Below are positions 39,505 through 47,541 of a DNA stretch of 64,000 nt, one piece after another. The DNA lies in the IMG/VR virus record IMGVR_UViG_3300040801_004532, positions 124,001 to 188,000 of that record; one strand, written 5' to 3'. Every line of letters starts with the position of its first letter. The stretch's first letter is position 1. The translations under genes and the position numbers were made by a program. Under the pieces are notes generated by a model. The model was not told where the DNA came from. It searched no databases and saw only the letters and a program-made list of their open reading frames with translations.

Positions 39505-39753
39505 ATGTCAGAGATTACAGTAAAGGTTGGAAATGTTAGTTTAACCGCATCGAACAATGACTTGGTTTCTGTTGACGAAACACCAGATGGAGTTTCGTTT
39601 AGTTTTAAAGGTGGCCTTCAACTGCTCTTTACCGACCCATACATGCCATCTTCAGCAAAACAAATTATCAAAAATACTGCAGATAACATGAGCGGAAAAT
39701 TGGTTTTTGAATTAGACAATGCAAAACGTCCTGCCAGAGTTGAAGCAGTTTAA
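39505..39753 (+). CDS. Hypothetical protein
   Basis: 82-aa ORF with RBS GAGGG. Confidence 0.5.
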   Translation: MSEITVKVGNVSLTASNNDLVSVDETPDGVSFSFKGGLQLLFTDPYMPSSAKQIIKNTADNMSGKLVFELDNAKRPARVEAV

Positions 39754-39774
39754 ATTTCATTTAATCAAATACAT

Positions 39775-39800
39775 CTATATATATAAATAACTGAGATAGG
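39775..39800 (+). promoter_or_regulatory. Putative promoter of the RNA array / vWA operon
   Basis: CTATATATATAAATAACTGAGATAGG, near-identical to 23638-23661. Confidence 0.55.
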
Positions 39801-39812
39801 TGATTTATAACT

Positions 39813-39899
39813 AAAAAATTGGAAGACTTGTTTGTAGATTCAGGAATGCCACCGTTGAGGTAACCAACTCCAACTACAACAACCAGCTTCCAATTTTTT
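39813..39899 (+). ncRNA. Y-RNA-like array unit 1 (single-hairpin cargo)
   Basis: 13-bp stem AAAAAATTGGAAG/CTTCCAATTTTTT; GAAGACT; inner TTGTAG/CTACAA; TTCAG. Confidence 0.7.
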
Positions 39900-39908
39900 C
39901 ACTTTTTT

Positions 39909-40015
39909 AATCAGAAGACTTTGTGTAATTTCAGAGGTGATTGGTTCACCATTGCTCTACAAAAGCGACGCACCCGTTCGACTCGGGATAATAATTACAC
40001 GTTTTACTTCTGATT
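39909..40015 (+). ncRNA. Y-RNA-like array unit 2 (tRNA-like D, anticodon and T arms, no acceptor stem)
   Basis: AATCAGAAG/CTTCTGATT; GTGTAATT/AATTACAC; cargo GGTG-ATTGGTT-CACC, TTGCT-CTACAAA-AGCGA, CCCG-TTCGACT-CGGG. Confidence 0.75.
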
Positions 40016-40023
40016 TTAATTTT

Positions 40024-40115
40024 ATTCTAGAAGACTATTTGTAGTTTCAGAAGATACTTGAACGTATCACGCACTTGTAAATGCGCAAACCTACTACATT
40101 CAATTCTTCTAGAAT
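40024..40115 (+). ncRNA. Y-RNA-like array unit 3 (two-hairpin cargo)
   Basis: ATTCTAGAAG/CTTCTAGAAT; TGTAGT/ACTACA; cargo GATAC-TTGAAC-GTATC and CGCA-CTTGTAAA-TGCG. Confidence 0.7.
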
Positions 40116-40123
40116 CCTTTTCA

Positions 40124-40258
40124 AACCTGAAAGACTGTTGGTGGTTCCAGACAAAGAAGCTCGATTGGTTGAGCATTTGCTTAATGTGCAAACGGTTGTG
40201 GGTTCAAGTCCCATCATTGTCACCAAAAGGTGTAAACCACTGTCCTAACTTTCAGGTT
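40124..40258 (+). ncRNA. Y-RNA-like array unit 4 (encloses a full tRNA-like cloverleaf)
   Basis: AACCTGAAAG/CTTTCAGGTT; GGTGGTT/AACCACT; TCCAG. Confidence 0.75.
40150..40225 (+). tRNA. Degenerate tRNA / tRNA mimic, anticodon AAT (nominal Ile), encoded CCA
   Basis: GACAAAG AA GCTC-GATTGGTT-GAGC A TTTGC-TTAATGT-GCAAA CGGTT GTGGG-TTCAAGT-CCCAT CATTGTC ACCA; 76 nt; lacks U8, A14, A21 and has one acceptor mismatch. Confidence 0.6.
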
Positions 40259-40265
40259 CCATTTT

Positions 40266-40334
40266 GATTGATGGGCTGAGTGTGATTTTAGTGATCTTTC
40301 GGGGAGGGCTTGATCACATTCAGACCCATTAGTC
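40266..40334 (+). ncRNA. Long imperfect hairpin between the array and the vWA gene
   Basis: GATTGATGGG/CCCATTAGTC plus CTGAGTGTGAT/ATCACATTCAG with G-U pairs. Confidence 0.5.
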
Positions 40335-40439
40335 ATAACACAAACCTTTTAGCGAAAGAGGGTTCATTTGCAACATTCTAATTTCTAAAAAAATTGGATA
40401 TAAGAGTTTTACGTCGAAATTACGAAAGGAGGAAGGCGA

Positions 40440-41957
40440 ATGACGAGACAGCAGTTATCTATTGATTCTGGGATACTTCAGTTTGCGCCAAAAGGGGCGT
40501 TCTATGAAGAAACTGATGAACAATTCCAACAGGTTTCAAGGATGTGGAATGAGCTATTCAATTATGACAGAACCCTTTTTTGTTTAATCACTCTTCTTGG
40601 AGGGACAGGATTTTCAAAGGGGGTAATGAGCCACATTCTATTGTCAAATCCCCAAAGCTCCACAGGAAGAGAACTTATCCCAGAAGGTCTTTCGGTTGAT
40701 TATGAAACCGAGGTAATTCTATACAATCTATCAAAGGAGAAAACCCCAAGAGCATTAAAAAATCTTTTGATGTTGACCGGCCGTGAAGGTCAAACAAAAG
40801 TAAATAATGCAAGAACAAGGAAACTAATCCTTGAATATATCTTTAATCGAGGTCATGATTCCCTCGACAATTTGGCTGTAAATTATAAAGGAAAATTAAA
40901 AACTCTTGTTCGTCATGCCCTTGGAAGACAAGATCTGGCAAAGATTCTAATGGGCGACGACCAACTTTTTCAAAAGTGGATTGGTCGTTATCATAAAAAT
41001 GCACTTCCGGTTGTTTTATACCTTTTCGATAGACCAATACCAAACGATCAAGTGTTTGCATATTATAAGAAAGTTGAACAGGTGTTAAAGCTAAAGGAAG
41101 CAGCACAAAGACGTGACGTTGAAGCGTTTCGACATTTCATGGATGGGCTTCCGAGACTAACAGTTCTCGGATATCGAAATACATATAAGGTTCCAATCGA
41201 AAAAAGTGAAATTTTTGAAAAAACCCAAATGTCAAATCGTCAAGCCATTCAGATGGAAGCAGCGGCGAAACGATCTGGCACAAAGGTCAAGGTAAACTAT
41301 AAAAACCAAGACGTTTATGATTTATGGAAAGCATTGTATTTTAAGCTACAGCAAAGCGACGATGAAAATTTGGATAAGATTGTTGAGGCAATCGGAGAGA
41401 AGGATGGAAATAAACTTGACATCGGCGAAGTGAGTGTTGTATTTGATGTGTCAAGATCCATGGTTGGTAGCGACCAACGACCCCTTCATCCATTCCTTAC
41501 AGGGTTATCCATATTGTCTGTGCTGGATAATATCCAAAATGTTTTCTATGTTGGCGGAACATCAATTCCAACAAAAATCAATGACAAAGAAATGTACTTT
41601 GTTTTTCCATCAAACGAAACAGCATTGTGGAAGGGACTGGTAGATGCTGTAGCGTCTGGGTCAAAGAAAATTATTGTCATTTCAGATGCTTATGAAAATT
41701 CTCCAAAGGGTATGTTTCAACATGTATATAACCATTTCAAAGACAAGGAGAACATAGAGATTATTCATATTAACCCAGTATTCTCGGCTGATTCACAACA
41801 AGGGTCTGCTAGAAAATTAGCAGATGATATTGAGCCGCTTCCTGTCTCAAGTTATAAATTTCTCGAGACAGAAATTATTTTTAAAAGAATGTTGGAAAAT
41901 AAGGATCTCGTGAAAAACTTACTCGTTGGGAAATACAGAAAACTGATAGGAGGTTAA
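40440..41957 (+). CDS. Helical domain + C-terminal vWA protein; putative divergent Ro60/TROVE-like RNA-binding protein
   Basis: MIDAS VFDVSRSM, ETAL, ISDAYEN in the last ~180 aa; basic helical N-terminal ~320 aa; Ro60-like size; strong RBS. Confidence 0.55.
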   Translation: MTRQQLSIDSGILQFAPKGAFYEETDEQFQQVSRMWNELFNYDRTLFCLITLLGGTGFSKGVMSHILLSNPQSSTGRELIPEGLSVDYETEVILYNLSKEKTPRALKNLLMLTGREGQTKVNNARTRKLILEYIFNRGHDSLDNLAVNYKGKLKTLVRHALGRQDLAKILMGDDQLFQKWIGRYHKNALPVVLYLFDRPIPNDQVFAYYKKVEQVLKLKEAAQRRDVEAFRHFMDGLPRLTVLGYRNTYKVPIEKSEIFEKTQMSNRQAIQMEAAAKRSGTKVKVNYKNQDVYDLWKALYFKLQQSDDENLDKIVEAIGEKDGNKLDIGEVSVVFDVSRSMVGSDQRPLHPFLTGLSILSVLDNIQNVFYVGGTSIPTKINDKEMYFVFPSNETALWKGLVDAVASGSKKIIVISDAYENSPKGMFQHVYNHFKDKENIEIIHINPVFSADSQQGSARKLADDIEPLPVSSYKFLETEIIFKRMLENKDLVKNLLVGKYRKLIGG

Positions 41958-41961
41958 TTAT

Positions 41962-42930
41962 ATGGCAAATATCTTTGAAACCCTAAAAATCAAAGGAGTT
42001 GGAATCGGTTCTATTCAGAGCGTTGATGAAATGACAGTCATCCCTTTGATTGGTGAAGACCGTGGGGATGTTGCCAGTCCGTCCAGTTTAAAATTTCAAA
42101 GAACCACAAGTTATGGTTCAATGCAGTTTAAAAATGAAGACAGTCGCCCAGCTATTGTGCCATCCAATTTCATGATACGAGGTCGGGGAGCACAAGATCA
42201 TGCAATGGCCTCATCTGGAGTTCTGAAATCAAGGGAAGTGAAAACATTTGAAACTGCTTGTTGTATTGAAGAAACACAGGGCGGCTTCCTAACTCATGAA
42301 GGAAATGAAGAAGATATTCTACCTATAGAACTACGTCGAAATCTCTTGGATGCAAACAAGAGACGAGACAGAAACTATGGAAAATTGTGGAGCAATATTA
42401 AAGATTGGCTCAATGGGCTTACCCTACAAAGAAAAAGTCATGGCGCCCATTTAAGAAATTTCTATGATGATCATAACGTAAGAACAGCACTTGAAGCATT
42501 TGCTGCTGAGTTTGAACCGGTTGATGGTCAAATCGGGGCAATCATTATGTTTTCTGGGATCCCTGTCGGCATTGAGATTATGCCAACAGCAGATCATTGG
42601 AACTCATATTGGCAGCAGCTTCTGCGAGGGTGTTATGGTTCAGAACTTCTAAGGATGAAGATGTTGGGCAAAGTTTCACAGTCAACTCTAATTTTGCCTG
42701 ATATTCCAGATGATGCAAATCCTATGGAAGTCAAAAATATTTTAGAAACATTTATGAACCACATTCAACAGGAAGTTCTGCCTGTAATTCAGAACATTAA
42801 TATCACATCCAACACAAGAGTATCATCAGATGGATCACTTAGAACTCAGTTAGTTAGAACTGATGGCGGGGGTGGAGGAGATGTTATTATTCAAGAATCA
42901 ACCCCAATTTATGTCTCAATTATTTTATAG
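41962..42930 (+). CDS. ARPP-like (DUF6569-related) protein
   Basis: MTVIPLIG, F.NE....IVP, G.QDH, ACCIEE.QG, GQIGAII...GIE pattern recalled from ARPP families. Confidence 0.45.
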   Translation: MANIFETLKIKGVGIGSIQSVDEMTVIPLIGEDRGDVASPSSLKFQRTTSYGSMQFKNEDSRPAIVPSNFMIRGRGAQDHAMASSGVLKSREVKTFETACCIEETQGGFLTHEGNEEDILPIELRRNLLDANKRRDRNYGKLWSNIKDWLNGLTLQRKSHGAHLRNFYDDHNVRTALEAFAAEFEPVDGQIGAIIMFSGIPVGIEIMPTADHWNSYWQQLLRGCYGSELLRMKMLGKVSQSTLILPDIPDDANPMEVKNILETFMNHIQQEVLPVIQNINITSNTRVSSDGSLRTQLVRTDGGGGGDVIIQESTPIYVSIIL

Positions 42931-42939
42931 GAACGGTCC

Positions 42940-43119
42940 ATGAGCGAAAATGATGAACTAACTCAAAAACAATTAAAGAATCTAAAAAGAAAGATGGTTT
43001 CATTTATTTGGGAAACCACACCATCAAAGATTATTGAGTTGGCAATTATTTGCAAACTTAAACCACCAAAGCACTTACTTGACAAGTACTTGTCAGAGGA
43101 TTTGGATGAATCATCCTAA
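42940..43119 (+). CDS. Small hypothetical protein (59 aa, not in track)
   Basis: MSENDELTQKQLKNLKRKMVSFIWET...ESS*. Confidence 0.45.
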   Translation: MSENDELTQKQLKNLKRKMVSFIWETTPSKIIELAIICKLKPPKHLLDKYLSEDLDESS

Positions 43120-43148
43120 TTCAGCGACAACGCTTGTGTCAGAGTAAA

Positions 43149-43242
43149 GGAACGCCTCTCCACATAGTGGTGATCGGCAACACTTTATTTAGATCATTTA
43201 AATAATGTGTTTGCTGATCCCATTGTGTGCTGAGGCGTTTCC
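43149..43242 (+). ncRNA. Long imperfect intergenic hairpin
   Basis: GGAACGCCTC/GAGGCGTTTCC, CACATAGTGG/CCATTGTGTG, GATCGGCAACAC/GTGTTTGCTGATC. Confidence 0.55.
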
Positions 43243-43283
43243 CAAATTTAACCCTGACCATTTTTTGTTTAAGGAGAATTTAA

Positions 43284-43859
43284 ATGGAACAAGTTTCTAC
43301 TGAAAGATTTATTGAAAAATTAGGGGTGGATGTTTATCCAATCACAATTGTAAAGTTTCTATTGAATAAGAAACGAATTTTGTCTTATTTTAAAAAGGCA
43401 ACCGAAGAAGATTTTGAAATTAGAGTCAAATATTTAGTTGATCACTCTGACTGTGAAACCTGCAAGGAGAAAGCTCCAGAAGGAATTCTATGCAGGCAAC
43501 ACACATCAATCGATCGAGTTTTAAAAGCTCCAGAGGTTATGTATGATCTGGATACAAATACATATTTTTATAAAAATGAGATATTTAGAATGGTTGGAAA
43601 ACGTCTTGTTATTGTTTATTGTCCGCATCCAAAATTGATTTCGGGTGACATCACAGATTCAAAGGTAAGAAAAATCAATCCGATTACGATTGAAGATCCA
43701 GCTTTAACAGAACTCCCGCCATATGAACGGGTTCAAGAGTTTATTTCATCTGAGCTCTTAGATCAGCATTTAAGATGTTGGTTTAATTATGAGTTTTCGA
43801 TTGTAACTATCCCAAGGGATAGGAACGGGCAAGACTGGTGCTTGCTATCAAATAGATAA
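43284..43859 (+). CDS. Hypothetical protein with CxxC-x9-CxxH zinc motif
   Basis: CETCKEKAPEGILCRQH. Confidence 0.5.
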   Translation: MEQVSTERFIEKLGVDVYPITIVKFLLNKKRILSYFKKATEEDFEIRVKYLVDHSDCETCKEKAPEGILCRQHTSIDRVLKAPEVMYDLDTNTYFYKNEIFRMVGKRLVIVYCPHPKLISGDITDSKVRKINPITIEDPALTELPPYERVQEFISSELLDQHLRCWFNYEFSIVTIPRDRNGQDWCLLSNR

Positions 43860-43877
43860 TCAGGAGGATTACATTCT

Positions 43878-44831
43878 ATGGGTTTTGAAGAGTATACCGA
43901 TCTAGTTGACACAGGATTTCAGGGTGGGTCTGGCGCAGAACAAGTTCCGCCAGAGGAAGAATTTTTTCATAGTGTTTATGTTTCCGGATCAGACAGAAAG
44001 AATCATATTAACATTACCGAGAATGCCGGAAAGCTACAAATCAGAGGCGTTCAGTATAATTTAGATGAAGTTCATTTGGTCATTACACACACCAAAGAAA
44101 TTCTGTGCAACGTAAAAAATGAAAAAGGGAAAGAAAGTATTGTTTGTTTCTCGTTTAAAGAAGGAGCTCCCCCCTGGTTTGGTACCACAACACTTCCAGA
44201 TGGGTCAAAGCGGCAATGTCCGCAAACTTCCGCTGAACGAGCTATCAATGATTTCTGTAGTCCTTGTAGGGCACAAATTCTTGTAGCTGGTATTTATTGC
44301 AAACCAGATGGTTCCCCAATTCTCACAGAAGACAAGAAACCAATTTTTGTCTTTATGCGCGGCAAGGGAATGAGATATTCAAATATATCAACGTATCTGA
44401 GTGAAAGATTCAACGAGGATCTTCCTCCTATTTTTGAGCCTGTCACAGAACAGAGCAAAGAATTTGAAAAACGAGTTGTGAATAACAAACGATTCGTTAT
44501 AAAAGTTACAAGGGGTCAAGAGCAATCCAGTTATGGAAGCATGGTAAATGTCTTTGTATTAGAAAAAGGATCCGAGCTTCCCAAAGAATCAGTATTCACA
44601 ATTCTGAAGTTATCGAAACAAACAGTAGGAAAATTCAATGAAAAATTCGACTGGTCAAAAGGGAAACAGGCAGTCGGCTATGGAAGCAATCAAGCACCAG
44701 AAGGTGTAATGAGAATTGAGGATGAGCAAAAATCAGGCGAATCTAAATCTAAAGATGAAGGTTCTTCTGAGCAATCTTCAAGTGGCGGTGAACAGGGAAA
44801 AGTGTTTAGTTTCGATGATATTAATTTCTAA
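43878..44831 (+). CDS. Putative single-stranded DNA-binding protein
   Basis: Cys ligands in the core, flexible Ser/Glu linker, acidic-aromatic tail FSFDDINF. Confidence 0.5.
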   Translation: MGFEEYTDLVDTGFQGGSGAEQVPPEEEFFHSVYVSGSDRKNHINITENAGKLQIRGVQYNLDEVHLVITHTKEILCNVKNEKGKESIVCFSFKEGAPPWFGTTTLPDGSKRQCPQTSAERAINDFCSPCRAQILVAGIYCKPDGSPILTEDKKPIFVFMRGKGMRYSNISTYLSERFNEDLPPIFEPVTEQSKEFEKRVVNNKRFVIKVTRGQEQSSYGSMVNVFVLEKGSELPKESVFTILKLSKQTVGKFNEKFDWSKGKQAVGYGSNQAPEGVMRIEDEQKSGESKSKDEGSSEQSSSGGEQGKVFSFDDINF

Positions 44832-44851
44832 CCTTTTAGAGAGGGATACTA

Positions 44852-46108
44852 ATGACCGACGACACAGCCAAAGAAGAATTTAAATACCATGAACGATTGA
44901 ACATCCCCGTCCTTACAATCGAAAAGATCAAACAGCTTTTGAAGAATGATATTGCTGACACGCTACATGCGTGGAAGGAAGGGAGAAAAGTAGACAAACA
45001 ATGTTACAGGATCATTGGCCCTGCTGGTGTCGGCAAGACACAAATTTGTGGTCAAATCGCTGCTGAATTGACAAATGAACTATTCGGGGAGTGGAACAAG
45101 GCACGACCCACTCCAGAACATAAACTATTTGATATGATTATGGTCAAAGCTCCTGTTCTATCAAGGGATGACTTTATCATTCCGTTTCCGGTAACAGATG
45201 GCAAGGACTTTTCATTCAGAATGCTATATTCTGACTTTGTTCCGAAAGAGGTTGGATCATTTGGAATATTTGTCATTGATGAAGTATCAAGAGGTGATCA
45301 TCAACTCCAGCAGCTTCTATGGCAGGTCCAAAATGAGTACGCCGTCCACAATCTGCAATTCCCAGAAGGATGGTTTGTGATCTCAGTAGACAACCCTGAT
45401 GACTCAGAGTACTCCATGGATACGCTTGAAGATGCTGCTGGTTTACGAAGGCAATTGCATCTATACGTTGAGGTAAGTCCTATCGACTTCCTCAACTATG
45501 CAATTGCAAATGATTTTCACCCTCTTGTCATTGAGTGGATTCAGATGCGTCCGGAATATCTATACGATTTCAACGCTCAAAAGGTCGGGTCGGTTTATGC
45601 AAACCCAGCCAGCTATGAGAAGCTTTCGGATCATTTGTGGAAAATGCAAATGAGACGAGGAAGCTTGGATTATGATGAAATCGAAAACAAAGCATCTGGG
45701 CTTCTCAATACCAATATGTCCCAACTCTTTGTCTCGTTTGCAAGAGACAAGAAAGACATCAATCCAAAAGATGTATTCTATGAATTTGATAAGGTTGAAA
45801 AACAAATCAAGGCTCTATTAAAAGAAAACAATATGTCCAAATTGGGCGAGCTTATGATCGGGTTCTGTACGTTTATGACAACATCAATGCCCGAGTATGA
45901 CGATAGAAAGTTAGAAAACGTCTATAAGTTCCTATTGATGATGCCCATTGATACAGCGGCTCTTTTTATCTCACAAATTGATGGCTTTGACCGGTCATCA
46001 AAAGCATTTAAATACATGACTCAAATCCATCTCACTCTTCTGAAAAAGCATCCACAATACAAGAAAGAGTTCTATGATCCAATCGTAAGAGCTGGCGATG
46101 GACGATAG
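44852..46108 (+). CDS. MoxR-like AAA+ ATPase
   Basis: GPAGVGKT, FVIDEVSR, VDNP, LRRQ. Confidence 0.8.
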   Translation: MTDDTAKEEFKYHERLNIPVLTIEKIKQLLKNDIADTLHAWKEGRKVDKQCYRIIGPAGVGKTQICGQIAAELTNELFGEWNKARPTPEHKLFDMIMVKAPVLSRDDFIIPFPVTDGKDFSFRMLYSDFVPKEVGSFGIFVIDEVSRGDHQLQQLLWQVQNEYAVHNLQFPEGWFVISVDNPDDSEYSMDTLEDAAGLRRQLHLYVEVSPIDFLNYAIANDFHPLVIEWIQMRPEYLYDFNAQKVGSVYANPASYEKLSDHLWKMQMRRGSLDYDEIENKASGLLNTNMSQLFVSFARDKKDINPKDVFYEFDKVEKQIKALLKENNMSKLGELMIGFCTFMTTSMPEYDDRKLENVYKFLLMMPIDTAALFISQIDGFDRSSKAFKYMTQIHLTLLKKHPQYKKEFYDPIVRAGDGR

Positions 46109-46117
46109 GGGGAAAAC

Positions 46118-47374
46118 ATGCAACCCTCAAGTTCAGTTACAAGTGAACGAATAAAGGTTCTGATTGCCAAATTCGTCCTAAAATACAATTATTGGGGGTA
46201 TCTATTTTCTCGAGTCAGGAGACAGGCGGATCCAAACATGCCATCAATTATGGGCATTGCACCTGAACCTGACGGATCAATTTGTTTATATTATAACCCC
46301 CCATTGATTGATAATACAGACGATGAAAACATCACCAAGGTGATTGAGCATGAAGGACTGCATCTATTAAATAAGCATGTTCCAAGGCTTATTAGAATTC
46401 TTGCAAATGATCCTGATCCATTAAGAAGGGAATCTAAAGCAGAAATATGGAATATTGCAGCTGATTGCTGTGTAAACACACAAGGGAAACTAGGTGAAAG
46501 TCTTACCATTAATGGCAAACCCTGGCCCATGTGTCTCCCCGCAAGATATAAAATGCCTGAGGGACAAATAACCGAGTTTTATTATAACTGGTTGCTTGAA
46601 AATGCAAAAAGCCAACCTATGCCAATGATCGGGGACCATGGAAAATGGACCAAAAATCTAAAGGGAGTTGCTGATCTTAGTGCTCTCAGTAGAAAAGTAG
46701 ATCAACATATAAGATCAATAATCAAAGAATCAGCAAAGACCTTCAACAAGGATCGTGGAAGGTTGCCGTCACATATTGCTGATCTTATTCAGGGAGCTCT
46801 AGCTCCACCAAAAGCACCATACTATCAAATCATTAGAAAATTAATCAAGGGGTCAAGATTAACAAAATTCAAAAGATCCCCAACCAAAATAAATAGAAAA
46901 CGAACTTATACATTTCATTTGGCGTCAATGCCAGATCTCCCTCAAATTTCGCCCTTTCCTGGAAAGAGTCGAGATTTTACATTTGATATTGTCGTTATGA
47001 TTGATACATCAGGAAGTATGTCAAACGATGATATAAAAGAGGGATTGAGTGGTATTAAAAATATCGTTGAAAATGATAGACATTGTCATACCACAGTCCT
47101 GGAAGTTGATGCTGGCGTTGAAAAAGAATATGAATGTAAAAAAATAAGGGATATTCAATTTAATGTAAAGGGACGAGGCGGAACAACACTAACCCCTGGT
47201 TTAGAAAGAGCCAGAGAACTTGGTTGTGATGTTTGTCTTGCATTTACGGATGGGTATACCGAAAATATCAATGCCTTAAGCAGAAAAAGGCTACCTAAGA
47301 AACTTATTTGGGTTATAACCAAAGGTGGGTCGCCTAATCAGATTAATAAAACAGGATTTGTGGTGAAAATATGA
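46118..47374 (+). CDS. DUF2201-type metallopeptidase + vWA protein (AAA partner)
   Basis: HEGLH (HExxH), WNIAADCCVN, IDTSGSMS, GRGGT, FTDG. Confidence 0.8.
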   Translation: MQPSSSVTSERIKVLIAKFVLKYNYWGYLFSRVRRQADPNMPSIMGIAPEPDGSICLYYNPPLIDNTDDENITKVIEHEGLHLLNKHVPRLIRILANDPDPLRRESKAEIWNIAADCCVNTQGKLGESLTINGKPWPMCLPARYKMPEGQITEFYYNWLLENAKSQPMPMIGDHGKWTKNLKGVADLSALSRKVDQHIRSIIKESAKTFNKDRGRLPSHIADLIQGALAPPKAPYYQIIRKLIKGSRLTKFKRSPTKINRKRTYTFHLASMPDLPQISPFPGKSRDFTFDIVVMIDTSGSMSNDDIKEGLSGIKNIVENDRHCHTTVLEVDAGVEKEYECKKIRDIQFNVKGRGGTTLTPGLERARELGCDVCLAFTDGYTENINALSRKRLPKKLIWVITKGGSPNQINKTGFVVKI

Positions 47375-47532
47375 ATCTATTTATATTCCGATTTGCTTTG
47401 ATATGGGTTTGGATAACCCTATTTCAACTCGCTGCAGCAGCAGGAAAAATGGGAGAACCAATCTATCTATACTTTAGTATATTTATGGCATATCTATTAT
47501 GTGTAAAATATTTTCCATTCTATAAAAAATAA
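47371..47532 (+). CDS. Small two-TM membrane protein (53 aa, not in track)
   Basis: ATGA overlap with the upstream stop; hydrophobic. Confidence 0.4.
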   Translation: MNLFIFRFALIWVWITLFQLAAAAGKMGEPIYLYFSIFMAYLLCVKYFPFYKK

Positions 47533-47541
47533 CCGGAGGTC

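Noticed and set aside
40150-40225. Ordinary functional tRNA-Ile gene
   Set aside because: A34 anticodon, loss of U8/A14/A21, acceptor mismatch and embedding in the array handle; reported as a mimic instead
39813-40258. CRISPR array or mini-array
   Set aside because: Units are not identical direct repeats; each is closed by its own inverted repeat and the inserts are structured and tRNA-like. The only cas-like gene is a solo Cas4-like nuclease 24 kb away
40058-40267. 69-aa ORF in the track
   Set aside because: TTG start without RBS; overlaps RNA units 3-4 and the tRNA-like cloverleaf
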